From the IMG/VR virus record IMGVR_UViG_3300036715_004471, positions 372,001 to 436,000 of that record: a DNA stretch of 64,000 nt. One strand, written 5' to 3'. The notes beneath the pieces were generated by a model. The model made no database searches and was not told the origin of the DNA. It saw only the letters and a list, made by a program, of their open reading frames with translations. A program made the position numbers and the translations under genes. This document shows positions 10,566-21,305 of this stretch, piece after piece (within the stretch, counting starts at the first letter, position 1; each line of letters opens with the position of its first letter).

Positions 10566-11477
10566 TTAATTCCTCGGGAAAAAGACAGCGCTGGACTTGT
10601 TGTACAGTTTACTATCCAATGTAACTAGTTTATCAAAATCTTCTACTTCGAAAAATGATTTATCGATATCTTTCAAACTAGATTTAGCACCGAACAATGC
10701 GCCAACAATGGCAGCAGTTGTATCAGTGTCTCCGCCAGCTTTAATTGCTGCCAACACTGCATCATAATAATTATCGAATCTTAAAACGCAATAGATAGCA
10801 GCCGGAACGGTTTCTCTTACATTTGCGCCCGTTCCAAGAAGTGCCAATGACATTGTTGTTGATGCGCCGGCGCTGATAAGAACATGCAGTTTACTTAATT
10901 TGTGTTTGACGCAGGAATCAGGCAAATGAACCATGATTTTATCAATCAAATTGTCAGTGTCATGATTGGCAATATAAGCTGTCGCCAACGCAATCGCCAA
11001 TGCTCCTGCCTCGGCATCATGCGACTGATGGGTGATAGCGCTGTCAATTTTAACCGATTCAACTAGTTTTGCAATATCATGCCTGAAATAGATTCCAAAG
11101 GGTGCAGCTCTCATAGCTGTTCCATTACCATAAGAACCTGGAACTCCCGATTCGGACCAATGAATTCCTTTTTGTAGTTTTTCCACTGCCATAAAAGTAG
11201 TTCTGCCGTATCCTCTAGCACGACCAGAAACAATCCAATCTACATAACGAGCGCACAAATCTTCGGGAACAAATCCATTGTTTTCGATTAAAGATTCAGC
11301 AACCATTAATGACATTTGGGTGTCATCTGAATATTGGGCGGGAAGCAATCCATGATGTTTGCTGCCCAAATAAGATTTACCATCCCAATTGACCAGTAGA
11401 GGATTATCTCCCCGCATTGTTTCAAATGGAACGCCCAATGCATCGCCAATAGCAGTTCCAACAAGAACATTACTCAT
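10566..11477 (-). CDS. ADP-ribosylglycohydrolase (DraG/ARH family)
   Basis: AIGDALG, SDDTQM, GNGTAMR, GGDTDT. Confidence 0.93.
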   Translation of the reverse strand: MSNVLVGTAIGDALGVPFETMRGDNPLLVNWDGKSYLGSKHHGLLPAQYSDDTQMSLMVAESLIENNGFVPEDLCARYVDWIVSGRARGYGRTTFMAVEKLQKGIHWSESGVPGSYGNGTAMRAAPFGIYFRHDIAKLVESVKIDSAITHQSHDAEAGALAIALATAYIANHDTDNLIDKIMVHLPDSCVKHKLSKLHVLISAGASTTMSLALLGTGANVRETVPAAIYCVLRFDNYYDAVLAAIKAGGDTDTTAAIVGALFGAKSSLKDIDKSFFEVEDFDKLVTLDSKLYNKSSAVFFPRN

Positions 11478-12106
11478 TTTCGAAATCCTTTTGATTTAGG
11501 AGCCAAGTTTCTGAACTCTGACATTTTGTTATTATGGAGTTCATGGTATTTATCTTTGTACGAATCCCATTCCTCCGAATCATCATTCTTAATCTCTTCC
11601 CACAAGGAATTACAAGAAGCATAATCTACAATTTTGGAATGTTGTGCAATTTGCATACCAAAATCAATTATTCTAAATGAATGGAATAATGACTTCTTAG
11701 CAATGTAAACATTCTTATCTTGTTCTACTTCTAACTTCTTTTTTGCTTTCACCCAAGAATGAGAGGCTTTTTCGGAAATACTTGAACGAAGCTTTTCTTT
11801 GTCCAAAGAAAAGCTTATCTTCAATCTATTTTTCAAAAGCAATTCTTTTGGCAAAAAGATACATTCTAAAGCGGCAATCTTATGTTGAAAACATTGTGTT
11901 AAAAAATCATCTATTGAATAAAGATGAACATTGATATTTCCATCATTCGATGTAAGAGAAAATTCTTTAACATCTTTATCCATAACTATAATAAAATCAT
12001 AATCAGAAGATTCAGAATGTGTTCCATAAACACGTGAGCCATAAGAATAAATATTCAAAACTTCTTTCTCGTCGAGCCCAAAACTTTTGATGATTAGGTC
12101 TTTCAT
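11474..12106 (-). CDS. pol-beta-type nucleotidyltransferase
   Basis: YGSRVYG...SDYDF motif. Confidence 0.8.
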   Translation of the reverse strand: MKDLIIKSFGLDEKEVLNIYSYGSRVYGTHSESSDYDFIIVMDKDVKEFSLTSNDGNINVHLYSIDDFLTQCFQHKIAALECIFLPKELLLKNRLKISFSLDKEKLRSSISEKASHSWVKAKKKLEVEQDKNVYIAKKSLFHSFRIIDFGMQIAQHSKIVDYASCNSLWEEIKNDDSEEWDSYKDKYHELHNNKMSEFRNLAPKSKGFRK

Positions 12107-12630
12107 AATATTTCATTGTGAACAGAATGATTTCCAGTCAGTTTAACGATTGGTTTGATAATTTCGTCCAAAAGTGGTTCGAAAACAATATATTTACCTT
12201 TTATATTTTCTTTTTCAAGTAACTCATGCCAACTTAATTTGAAATCATCAAGAACCGGCTCATCATCAAAATGAACTAAAATATCTTGTCTGCCGGGCAT
12301 TTTGCTATTCAAATAACATTCACAAAAATTAGGTCCACGTTTACTTTTACGTTCAGACAATGTTCCTTTACCTTTTGCTTTGGGCGCATTTAGTAAAGGT
12401 TCATTCCTTTTTGAATCAAAATCTAAAATTAATTTTCTTTTAGAATCTGCCTCCTCATAAGAATCAAAAACATAAGTTCTTGCTTTAAGAGTTTTAGAAT
12501 TTAATTTAATTTTTACTCTAATGCCGACTTTTCTTACAGTTACCCGTGATTCATCAACATATGATGTCCATATTTTTTCCATCTCTTCTTTGGAATGAGA
12601 GGCATAAATTTGAGACATAACTGACATCAA
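12103..12630 (-). CDS. hypothetical protein, start uncertain
   Basis: Frame stays open upstream to about 12753. Confidence 0.45.
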   Translation of the reverse strand: MMSVMSQIYASHSKEEMEKIWTSYVDESRVTVRKVGIRVKIKLNSKTLKARTYVFDSYEEADSKRKLILDFDSKRNEPLLNAPKAKGKGTLSERKSKRGPNFCECYLNSKMPGRQDILVHFDDEPVLDDFKLSWHELLEKENIKGKYIVFEPLLDEIIKPIVKLTGNHSVHNEIL

Positions 12631-12803
12631 TTTTTGTTCAGCATATACTTTTATTCTTGTATCTTTGTTTCCAAAAATTGCTTTGCGTTCTTTACTATTA
12701 TAATCTGATGAATAATGAAATACCCTACCAATTGCCTGAGTGTAGTTCTGTGATCATACTCCTTATATATCACAGAACTACAAGAGTTTAATGTCGCGGA
12801 GCG

Positions 12804-14192
12804 TTATTTTGTACGTTCTCTGATTCTTTCCAGAGAATCATCAATCAGTAGTTCTCCATTTTCATAGACAGTCTTTAACGCCGAGAATTCGTTAGCATTC
12901 TCGCTATCGGACAAAGAAATTGTCTGCCAAATTCCGTTTGGCCATTTTACCAAATCTAATCTACCTGGTTTGGACTTTTTGCCGTGATCGGTGATTGGGT
13001 CTTTGAAGACTGGTCTGGTTTTACCATCGACCGTAATAGATGAACATTTCATGGCGAATTTAAGAGTATCTCTATTCAAACCCTGAATTAAAGCCCCGCC
13101 CATTCCAAATCCTACATTGGTGGCAGAATAGCCATAATTCAACAGATTTTCTAGAATTGCCCCAATAGAATGCTCATCAACACCATCGCCCTGAATAACC
13201 CTTACATTATTCAAGACTTTATATCCCTTTGTATTGGTAGTGCTACCAAACTTACTATCCAAAATCTGAACAGTTTTCAACACTACATCAGGGGGATTTC
13301 CGCTGTCTGGTCTAATAACCACTGTAGCGCCAGAATCAATTACTTCCTGTTTTAACTGCCCACCCCATAATTTCTCGCAGGCATTATACAAATCATAAGA
13401 GTCAGAAACACAAGCAACCATCGATCCGGGTTTCGCGAACTGGTTCAGCATATTTCTATAAGCTTCAGCTTCATTCTCTTTACCCCAACTGGTAATCGAA
13501 GAGTGTTCCGATGCAGGGATACTAAATCCTGACATAGGACAATTATAGTATTCGTTAGCGCAGAGAACTCCTGCTGCCGTATCTGAACCTAAGAAATTGA
13601 CTAAATGAGCAGCATCACCAATCATTGCTGATTCCTGACTGCTATTTCCTCTGGCTCCGAATCCATGCAGCTTGAAGTTAATCTCTGCGGCAGGATCATC
13701 AGATGACTTGTTCAAAGCATCAAGAATAATCTGTTTAATTGTATAGCTGCGTGTGGCTACTGTAATTGGATACCAAATCCTAAGTAACATAGTTTCTAGC
13801 CATGAAACAATCCAAAATACGTTTGGATCTGTGGATTCAATACTAACTAGAATGTTGTGACCCGAAACGACTGTTCCTTCCGGAACCGCACGAATTCTAA
13901 CAGGAAGTTTGCCGCCTAATTCTTTGGCAATATACATCCAGCCTTCATAGTTGAAAGGCTCTCCGTGAGCAGTCCAAAACTCTCTAGCTCTTTCTACTTC
14001 TTCTACGGTTACGCGATGCGATAGATACTCTTTCAGATAATACTGTAAGCCGAAAAATACTGTCTTATCATATTCTCCGCCACGACTTTCGATATAACTA
14101 AACATCGAAGTGGTCCCCGGCGGATACTGAAGATAATGCGAAACCTTGTATGAATCAGTATCAAAGAGATAGCTAAATCTAATTGTTTTCAT
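12804..14192 (-). CDS. nadV: nicotinamide phosphoribosyltransferase
   Basis: TDSYKVSH, SIPASEHS, VSDSYD, IRPDSG, IQGDG, RDTLKFAMK. Confidence 0.95.
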   Translation of the reverse strand: MKTIRFSYLFDTDSYKVSHYLQYPPGTTSMFSYIESRGGEYDKTVFFGLQYYLKEYLSHRVTVEEVERAREFWTAHGEPFNYEGWMYIAKELGGKLPVRIRAVPEGTVVSGHNILVSIESTDPNVFWIVSWLETMLLRIWYPITVATRSYTIKQIILDALNKSSDDPAAEINFKLHGFGARGNSSQESAMIGDAAHLVNFLGSDTAAGVLCANEYYNCPMSGFSIPASEHSSITSWGKENEAEAYRNMLNQFAKPGSMVACVSDSYDLYNACEKLWGGQLKQEVIDSGATVVIRPDSGNPPDVVLKTVQILDSKFGSTTNTKGYKVLNNVRVIQGDGVDEHSIGAILENLLNYGYSATNVGFGMGGALIQGLNRDTLKFAMKCSSITVDGKTRPVFKDPITDHGKKSKPGRLDLVKWPNGIWQTISLSDSENANEFSALKTVYENGELLIDDSLERIRERTK

Positions 14193-14208
14193 ATAATCTC
14201 TCTTTCTA

Positions 14209-15252
14209 TCAACTAAAAACTAAAAACTTCTTAATGTCAAAGAGTTTAGTATCTTCGGCTTCAAATGGGTAAAGATTCAAACGCTCCGAATTATATGCAA
14301 CTTCGTTTTCCAGATATGTTGCAGATGGCTTGGCGTAATTTTTATCCATTGGCATGTGACCAGTGTATTGAAGAAGTTTGTGTTTTATTTCTTTCTGTGC
14401 TTTCTCACGTAGGAAAGTGACGATACTTGATAGGTCAACGTCCACATGACCAACCTTTTCAATATAAGGATGAGATTTTTTGACATCAAACTTGTAATTT
14501 GATTCTGGTTTTAACATTGTGTCAATGTTTTCTTCCAGAGAACCATATCTTACTCCATAGAAAAGCATAGATTTTTTAACTGGTTTTTTCTCAAATTCAA
14601 AAGTAGCATCTTTTCTATTGTAGTATGGAGTTTTGTCTTTGAGACTAAAAAGTGTAGTATTTACATATCCCAAAAAGATTGCTTTATTTTTCTTTCTGTC
14701 TTGATAAATTCCACCAACTTCTAATTTTTTCTTTCCAACAGGTTTAACATCTTTGTTTTCTTCAAACTCCATAATTAATCTATGTAGCTCAGATCCAATT
14801 CTTATTAGGCTTATGCGGCTTCCGATTTTTGCCCAAATGAATTCTCCTTGTAAAACTCCACCTGGAGCGATACCAACTTGTAACATGGTATCCATCAAAA
14901 CATCTCCCGGCAAGTCTACGTAATATTTATCGATCAAGGCTTTGAAAGTTTTTCCCCTATATCCAGCAGAAATAACTCTAATATTTGAAATTGGTTTATT
15001 TTCCATTTCAACAGTTATTGGAACAGCTTGACCATTCCATCCGCTTGCTGTCTTTTTAATTTTCGTAAGACTTTTTACGTTCGTATCAGTAACCCACACT
15101 GGCAATACTTTTTCTTTTTCGTATTTGCTTATATGTTTCTTTTCATCATATGAATATTCACTATCCCAAGAAGAACCCACTAATACTTCGCTCTCCTTAG
15201 TATAAGTATAAGTAATCTTTTCGGGAATACTTCCAACTACAACTTTTGTCAT
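14209..15252 (-). CDS. hypothetical protein, ends FLVFS
   Basis: 347-aa ORF. Confidence 0.6.
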   Translation of the reverse strand: MTKVVVGSIPEKITYTYTKESEVLVGSSWDSEYSYDEKKHISKYEKEKVLPVWVTDTNVKSLTKIKKTASGWNGQAVPITVEMENKPISNIRVISAGYRGKTFKALIDKYYVDLPGDVLMDTMLQVGIAPGGVLQGEFIWAKIGSRISLIRIGSELHRLIMEFEENKDVKPVGKKKLEVGGIYQDRKKNKAIFLGYVNTTLFSLKDKTPYYNRKDATFEFEKKPVKKSMLFYGVRYGSLEENIDTMLKPESNYKFDVKKSHPYIEKVGHVDVDLSSIVTFLREKAQKEIKHKLLQYTGHMPMDKNYAKPSATYLENEVAYNSERLNLYPFEAEDTKLFDIKKFLVFS

Positions 15253-15272
15253 AAACTTTCACCTTGAAAATG

Positions 15273-15306
15273 AAAAAGGTGAGTGACACTTGGTTCACTC
15301 ACCTTT
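15273..15306 (-). terminator. intrinsic terminator
   Basis: AAAGGTGAGTGA/TCACTCACCTTT hairpin followed by a T-run on the minus strand. Confidence 0.65.
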
Positions 15307-15350
15307 AGGTTAGATGTAGCTACACTTAGCTACTTGATGGGATGACTGCC

Positions 15351-16286
15351 TCAAAATCTAGTAAAGACTGACTCTGAAACAGCGCGTTTTACTCTTTTGT
15401 TTTGAGCCGGAACCCTTGGAGTGCTTTTAATATCCATAATCTTAAATTCTTTGTCACCTGGGAAACCGGATGGATGAGCGTCTTTAGGAGATTGTTCCTT
15501 CAACTTAGCAACAAGTTCATCCCACCAAAGATATCTTACTCTAATAGATTCTGCAAATTTTGGCTTGATCAAGCCGGTTACATACATAATCTTTTGATCA
15601 ATGTGTTCGCCTGCGCCCACAGAAACTAAACTTTCCAAACTTCTATTATCAGATGAGTTATTGCAATTTACTGAAACAGAATCTGTATAACAAAGACTCA
15701 AACTTTGAGGTTCAATCACGCCTTTTGTTAAGGACTTAGATCTGGATCTACGAAAATCACCTTTAGGTGTACCTAAAGAATTATAACTTCCAGAATATCC
15801 AGAGCTTATGCCACCGCTACCAATTGTGCCAGAACCACCAGACCAATCTCCTCCAAAAGAAAAATCAAATCTAATTGGCTCTACATGACCTTCTTCATAT
15901 ACAGCAGCAGCAATAATTCCACGATGGCTTAAATCTCCATGGGTATGCAAAGCAACGCTTTTATCAGCGCTAGTAAATACAAATCCAGCCCCACCATTAT
16001 TTGTTTCTGGCCAAGCTTTCAATGATAAAGTACCGTATCCGTTGACAAGCCACATTCCACTTTCTAAATCAGTAGAAGCTGGCTTACCAGTTAAAACATC
16101 GGTACCATCAATAGATAGTTTGACTTGAACTTTGGCGGAGGAATTGTTTTTAAATCTAAGCTCGAACGGCTCGTTGCCCCATGCACCCACAGTTTGAATA
16201 TCATCAATAAGATGTTTCTTCAACGATCTGTTGACAAACTGTGGGTGATGACTAATGATATCTAACGAATATTTTGAGTATGACAT
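15351..16286 (-). CDS. hypothetical protein, Gly/Ser-rich linker
   Basis: 311-aa ORF with AGGAG Shine-Dalgarno. Confidence 0.65.
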   Translation of the reverse strand: MSYSKYSLDIISHHPQFVNRSLKKHLIDDIQTVGAWGNEPFELRFKNNSSAKVQVKLSIDGTDVLTGKPASTDLESGMWLVNGYGTLSLKAWPETNNGGAGFVFTSADKSVALHTHGDLSHRGIIAAAVYEEGHVEPIRFDFSFGGDWSGGSGTIGSGGISSGYSGSYNSLGTPKGDFRRSRSKSLTKGVIEPQSLSLCYTDSVSVNCNNSSDNRSLESLVSVGAGEHIDQKIMYVTGLIKPKFAESIRVRYLWWDELVAKLKEQSPKDAHPSGFPGDKEFKIMDIKSTPRVPAQNKRVKRAVSESVFTRF

Positions 16287-16386
16287 ATAATCTCCTGCGG
16301 AGTGAAATTAAACTCCGCAATTATATATATCATATCTTTCATAGAATTATCGTTTTTTATCAATAATTTCTTTTTGAAGCGTGAAA

Positions 16387-17541
16387 TTAGTATTCACTAT
16401 CTTCTTCATCTTGGGCGTCATAAGCATCAGGTTTTTCATGAACAACTACTTCATGTTTTCTAGATTCTGGATTCCAGCCATGTTCTCTAGCAACAGAATA
16501 GATTTCTGCCAATGTAAACGGCTTATCTTCCTCAATTGAAAAGATAGTATCAGCCACATTAGCAAGACCAGGAACCAATTTGTTGAATATAAATTGTGAT
16601 TTGGAAGCGCTCAATGCTCCAACCTTGATATCTTTGCTTAATCTGCCGGGGCGCATGATTGCGGCTTCCATTTCCAATTTCTGAGCGTTGGTTGTGGCAA
16701 TAATACGTAAATCCAACATCGAACCAAGAATACCATCTCCCAAATTCAACAAAGATTGAATTGAGTTAATATTCTCATTACCCCTAGTTACCAATACTTT
16801 ATCAGCATCTTCTAAGACCAAAATGATTGGTCCGGATGCATGATGCCTATTATCAATCAATAGCGGTAACAGTTCTGGTCCACCCAATGAAGAAACCATC
16901 TCTGGTGGAACCAAAACGAACATAGCATCTGGAACCTCCAAAAGCATCGCTCTTACTAAATGGGTCTTACCAGTACCGGGCTCACCTTCCATGATTACGA
17001 TTCTTCCAGAAGGTTGATTGGAATTCAAATCTTTGATAACGAAATCATAATCTTTGATAACTTCATCACTGTAATTATCTCTAACTAATCGTATGCTTGC
17101 GTTACCCAATGAGCTAAGAGAAAGATTACCATATTGTTTGGTAATTGCGAAGACATGCCCTTTTTTCTTCTCTGGAACAATTAAAGGAGCAACAAAATCT
17201 CTAATTGTTTCAACTAGTTTTTGATCCTTTGAGGCGGCAGCAACAGTTACATAGGAACCAGACAAACCATATTCCGCCATGCCGTCCTTCCAAATCCAAA
17301 CCAAAGATTCCGGTTTACCAATGAAATTATAGACAAGTCTTCCACCAAGAGCCGTCATTTTTGCCTTAATGGATTCCAGATTATCTGAATCTACATTTCC
17401 GTAAATGTAACACTCAGATATATGCCCACTATCGTTTTCCAACACATTTCTCAGAAGTGTAGACATGCCCAAAGCATTGACGCTAATTTCTGGTTTGCGA
17501 CCAAGTTCAATCCAATTCATACCATTTCTCCAGATACTCAT
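16387..17541 (-). CDS. AAA+ ATPase
   Basis: GEPGTGKT, LVLEDAD, ATTN, RPGRL. Confidence 0.92.
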   Translation of the reverse strand: MSIWRNGMNWIELGRKPEISVNALGMSTLLRNVLENDSGHISECYIYGNVDSDNLESIKAKMTALGGRLVYNFIGKPESLVWIWKDGMAEYGLSGSYVTVAAASKDQKLVETIRDFVAPLIVPEKKKGHVFAITKQYGNLSLSSLGNASIRLVRDNYSDEVIKDYDFVIKDLNSNQPSGRIVIMEGEPGTGKTHLVRAMLLEVPDAMFVLVPPEMVSSLGGPELLPLLIDNRHHASGPIILVLEDADKVLVTRGNENINSIQSLLNLGDGILGSMLDLRIIATTNAQKLEMEAAIMRPGRLSKDIKVGALSASKSQFIFNKLVPGLANVADTIFSIEEDKPFTLAEIYSVAREHGWNPESRKHEVVVHEKPDAYDAQDEEDSEY

Positions 17542-17549
17542 CTAAATCC

Positions 17550-18164
17550 TCATGCTAATCTGTTAAAGAGTGCTTCATTATCCTTACAATGTTCTTTCAA
17601 CTTATCTAGCCAAGCTTGGCTTTTAATCTTGAACATAATAGGCATATTAGTTTTTTTATCATTAGTGCCCTTACACACTACACCCTCCATAGTCATACCA
17701 GGAAGAGTGGACTGCTTAACGGCATCAAACAATTCTACGCTTACTTGTCCTTCGTAAAGGACTCGTGGGATATCCAAATGACTAAACAATTTTAGAAATT
17801 CATCTGGTGTTAAGATTCCTTGTTTATATGGATTGACATCAATTAAAGTAACATCCATTTTTTCTTCAAAGTTATGTGAGCCCGCAAAGGAGCTTGGTCC
17901 CCAATATTCAAAAAAGCACAAAGCATCAGACCACTTATTGTCTTTGAATACTTTAGAAAGACTTTCTGAATATTTCTCTTGAATTAAAGTAATGGCTCCA
18001 TTAAAAGGACTTGTGCGATCAATCAATTCGGTACGAGAACCAAACTTATAAAAACCCTTTTTGGAGTTCCACTCGGCTCTCATATTAGAGCCATCTAGCT
18101 TATCAAAAGCATAGATGTAAACATCTTTTCTGACGTCTTTGGTAATAGACGGATACATTTTCAT
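17550..18164 (-). CDS. RNA ligase-like covalent nucleotidyltransferase
   Basis: KLDGSN (motif I), FFEY, EGVVCK, FKIKS. Confidence 0.72.
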   Translation of the reverse strand: MKMYPSITKDVRKDVYIYAFDKLDGSNMRAEWNSKKGFYKFGSRTELIDRTSPFNGAITLIQEKYSESLSKVFKDNKWSDALCFFEYWGPSSFAGSHNFEEKMDVTLIDVNPYKQGILTPDEFLKLFSHLDIPRVLYEGQVSVELFDAVKQSTLPGMTMEGVVCKGTNDKKTNMPIMFKIKSQAWLDKLKEHCKDNEALFNRLA

Positions 18165-18769
18165 AAAAATACTTTCAATGTATGAGGAATAAATCTAACC
18201 CATTTCGTATGATTATATTGTTTAGTTGGCTTATGTTCTTCACAACAACACCATTCAGTAAACTCATCATAATAATATTTTGTATACAAAGCTTTGTTAG
18301 GACAATCTTTATCGAGATTACACAAACCATTCATATAGGCTTGATGATCGCCACCGGTATTTAACCAAATACTATATTCATAAGATTTTTGATCTCTGTC
18401 CCAGCCAACTTCTTTCACACAATCTCCATTGAGATTAAGGTTATAAACCTCTGGTTTTATCTTGCAAGATACGAATAATTTTCTCAAACATTCTTCGCAA
18501 AGAGAAAAAACATATGCATTCAGATCGAGTAGATGAATTGAATCATATCCACCAATTACTTTGGCTTTATGTAAACCAAATGGTATTTGATCATTGTATC
18601 CTTCCGGATGACACATGCCGCCGCCGCACAAATTACATAATATGGTTAATGGATTTTGAACTTGAAGTGAATTTGCACAATGGGTACAAACATGTTTATT
18701 GCGAGTGTCTTCGCTCCAATGGTCACAACTTTTGCAAACAACAAAATCTTCGATTACTTCATTCGACAT
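18161..18769 (-). CDS. Cys-rich hypothetical protein, ends LKVFL
   Basis: Multiple CxxC. Confidence 0.55.
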   Translation of the reverse strand: MSNEVIEDFVVCKSCDHWSEDTRNKHVCTHCANSLQVQNPLTILCNLCGGGMCHPEGYNDQIPFGLHKAKVIGGYDSIHLLDLNAYVFSLCEECLRKLFVSCKIKPEVYNLNLNGDCVKEVGWDRDQKSYEYSIWLNTGGDHQAYMNGLCNLDKDCPNKALYTKYYYDEFTEWCCCEEHKPTKQYNHTKWVRFIPHTLKVFL

Positions 18770-18779
18770 ATAAAAGAAA

Positions 18780-18808
18780 ATGCGAAGCTGTTGGAACAGC
18801 TTCGCATC
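18780..18808 (-). terminator. intrinsic terminator after groES
   Basis: ATGCGAAGCTGTT/AACAGCTTCGCAT hairpin plus T-rich tail on the minus strand. Confidence 0.7.
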
Positions 18809-18827
18809 AGTAGAATTATTGATTAAC

Positions 18828-19115
18828 TTACTTAATGATACAGAGGACCTGATCTTCTCTCAAAAGAAAATTAGAAACACCATCAACTTTAACTTCGGTC
18901 AAGAAGTTTTTATTGAAAGCCACTCTGTCACCAACACTAACTTCTAGTGGAATTGATTTGCCGCTGGCATCCAATCTTCCACTACCAACTGCCAGTACCG
19001 TGCCAGTTGTAACTTTTTCCTCAGCAGTCTGGGGAACAAATAACCCGCCGGCGGTTTGTGTTACTGGCTCATCTTTTGAAACAACTACGAAATCTCTTAG
19101 AGGTTGAACTGTCAT
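18828..19115 (-). CDS. groES: co-chaperonin GroES
   Basis: PLRDFVVV, TAGGLFVP, GTVLAVGSG, VGDRV. Confidence 0.95.
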   Translation of the reverse strand: MTVQPLRDFVVVSKDEPVTQTAGGLFVPQTAEEKVTTGTVLAVGSGRLDASGKSIPLEVSVGDRVAFNKNFLTEVKVDGVSNFLLREDQVLCIIK

Positions 19116-19139
19116 AATATCTCCTGTACCACAAATATA

Positions 19140-19658
19140 TCATTCGCTGTCTGCTTCGATGATTCTAATAAGTTGCTCAAAACAAAACTTTATCTTTTTT
19201 CTTTCGCAAGCATCATTAAACTTTATTTCAAATTGAAATTGTTTTTCATAGTCAGAGAAATCCATATTTTTTATTCGAAGAATTTGACAAGCTTGATTAA
19301 TGATTTCTATCGGAATAGCTTTGTCTTCTTTGAGACATTCTTCTTTGGCTATATTAAGTACTTTAATTCTCAAATTATTGAAATACATTTTTTTGTATTT
19401 CAATAATTTGATTTCATCAAAATTGAATCCTTTAACATATTCAAAAAATGGTTTATTTCCTCTGCTATTGTTACATTCATAACAAGATACAGTTAAGTTG
19501 GTTGTATTGAAAGTTCCTCTTTTACTGTCGGGAACAATATGTTCCATAGTAATTGTTTCTGAAGTTAACAGTTTTTGACAATAACAACAAACTGGTCTGT
19601 CTCTGTTTACAACGTATTCTTTGATCTTTTTTTGTCTTTTACGTTCCTGGGCGCCCAT
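19140..19658 (-). CDS. HNH endonuclease
   Basis: CCYC, TMEHIVP, NL..SCYECN. Confidence 0.85.
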   Translation of the reverse strand: MGAQERKRQKKIKEYVVNRDRPVCCYCQKLLTSETITMEHIVPDSKRGTFNTTNLTVSCYECNNSRGNKPFFEYVKGFNFDEIKLLKYKKMYFNNLRIKVLNIAKEECLKEDKAIPIEIINQACQILRIKNMDFSDYEKQFQFEIKFNDACERKKIKFCFEQLIRIIEADSE

Positions 19659-19664
19659 AATACA

Positions 19665-20354
19665 TTAAACCTCGAGATGAAAACAATCATTTACATTCAG
19701 TAATCTCCATCCTTCGGGACCGAAATACAATCTAGTCACCGAAGTATTATCAATTTGAACTTTCCAGGTGAAACCTCTGTCAAATCCAGTAACGTATTGA
19801 AGCAGACATTTAATAGTCATGCCATGGCTAAAACATCCAATATTCAACATTGGTAGTTTATTAGCTTTTCTATAGTTGGCTTGTTCAATCATCTTGGGAT
19901 TATATAGAATTTCATTTTCTACCCAAGCGGAAGATCTGCGCTCTACCATAGTAAAAGATTCTCCGTTGGGCGGCAAAAATGCTTGATTCAAATAGTTCAT
20001 TTTTGCTTTAACAGTATCGGTCATTGTAGCAGATCGACTCGCGCCGGTCCAATCTCCTGCATCATATTCACGAATGTCAGGGACTACAATAATATCTTGA
20101 TGAATGTCTGCACAAGCTAGTTTAGCAGTTTCTAATGCCCTATCATAGCTTGACGAATAAACATAATCGAACTTCTCTCCTCTTTTAAGGAGTCTAAGAC
20201 CTAAACGTCGCGCTTGATCTTTACCCTTTTCGGTCAGTTTAACATGAGCCGTCTGTCCCATGATGTCAGGGGTCGCATTCACCTCAGATTCGCCATGACG
20301 AATCAGAGAAAGAATAAATTCATTATCTTGAATCATTCTGAGTTGTCCTTCCAA
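19665..20354 (-). CDS. histidine phosphatase (phosphoglycerate mutase family)
   Basis: LIRHGES, SSYDRALETA, SHG. Confidence 0.9.
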   Translation of the reverse strand: MEGQLRMIQDNEFILSLIRHGESEVNATPDIMGQTAHVKLTEKGKDQARRLGLRLLKRGEKFDYVYSSSYDRALETAKLACADIHQDIIVVPDIREYDAGDWTGASRSATMTDTVKAKMNYLNQAFLPPNGESFTMVERRSSAWVENEILYNPKMIEQANYRKANKLPMLNIGCFSHGMTIKCLLQYVTGFDRGFTWKVQIDNTSVTRLYFGPEGWRLLNVNDCFHLEV

Positions 20355-20724
20355 TAGTTAAATGGAAACCGTATCTTGGCTCTTTTGAAAGTCCATAATT
20401 TTCCCTTAAGTTTAACAAATAGGGACATTGAACCTTAAGCCAATAATACTCTCCGTTATCTTGTACTCCCCCTTCATATTCAAATTCAATTATTTTGTGT
20501 TCGTCCATCCTCCATAAATTGTAATTGGGAATTCTTTCTCCCCTAATAACGGAAATATGAGCACCCCATACTGGTCGGGTTAATTTCCCCAACCAAGGAG
20601 TCTCACTATAGAATAAGCTTCTGTAATATCGTGATATCTCATCATCACACATGATTACTAACCACTTGTTGCTCGACGACAGATGGGTGCGCGGCGAATA
20701 TACCATCTTACCAATAGATTTCAT
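20323..20724 (-). CDS. 2H phosphoesterase-like protein
   Basis: Two HxS/T motifs (AHISV, FHLTI); paralog at 50025..50426. Confidence 0.7.
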   Translation of the reverse strand: MKSIGKMVYSPRTHLSSSNKWLVIMCDDEISRYYRSLFYSETPWLGKLTRPVWGAHISVIRGERIPNYNLWRMDEHKIIEFEYEGGVQDNGEYYWLKVQCPYLLNLRENYGLSKEPRYGFHLTIGRTTQNDSR

Positions 20725-20727
20725 ACA

Positions 20728-21234
20728 TTATTTCTTTTTCGACTTTCCAGCATAAGTATCGGTTTGAGAGTGACAATTAGGACATAATATTCTTAAATTG
20801 TCCAACCTATTATCATTAGGCTGACCATTTATATGGTCAATTTGTAACGATAATTTTTTATTATTCCATTCTGGACCAATACCACATTCGTAACATGAAT
20901 TTTTCAACAAGCCGAGAGCAAGTAATCTTTTCTTCAAAGTTGTACGAGAATAAGAAGAGTTAATAACTAAAATTTCTTCTATGGATGATACATATTTGGA
21001 TTTTTGTTTTCTGCCGCAATTAGCATTTGATCCTAGTTTAATATGAGAAAAATCTATATTCTCTTGTTTTAATCTAGTTTTCAATGCCAGATAACTTCCA
21101 CTTGAAGGGTTTATACTGTATTTCACCAATACAGTATTCAAACTGAAATTATTTTTGATAATTTCACGCAACTCTTCCGTTGGAATTGACCAAATTTTTG
21201 ATCTCTTTTTCCTAGGTAATTTTCTATAATCCAT
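20728..21234 (-). CDS. HNH endonuclease
   Basis: LQIDHING...NRLDNLRILCPNCH. Confidence 0.9.
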   Translation of the reverse strand: MDYRKLPRKKRSKIWSIPTEELREIIKNNFSLNTVLVKYSINPSSGSYLALKTRLKQENIDFSHIKLGSNANCGRKQKSKYVSSIEEILVINSSYSRTTLKKRLLALGLLKNSCYECGIGPEWNNKKLSLQIDHINGQPNDNRLDNLRILCPNCHSQTDTYAGKSKKK

Positions 21235-21305
21235 AATTAACTCTCTAATAGTTTATTGTTTTATCAATAAATTATATCTACCATTAGAGAAATTTTCAAT
21301 ATAAG

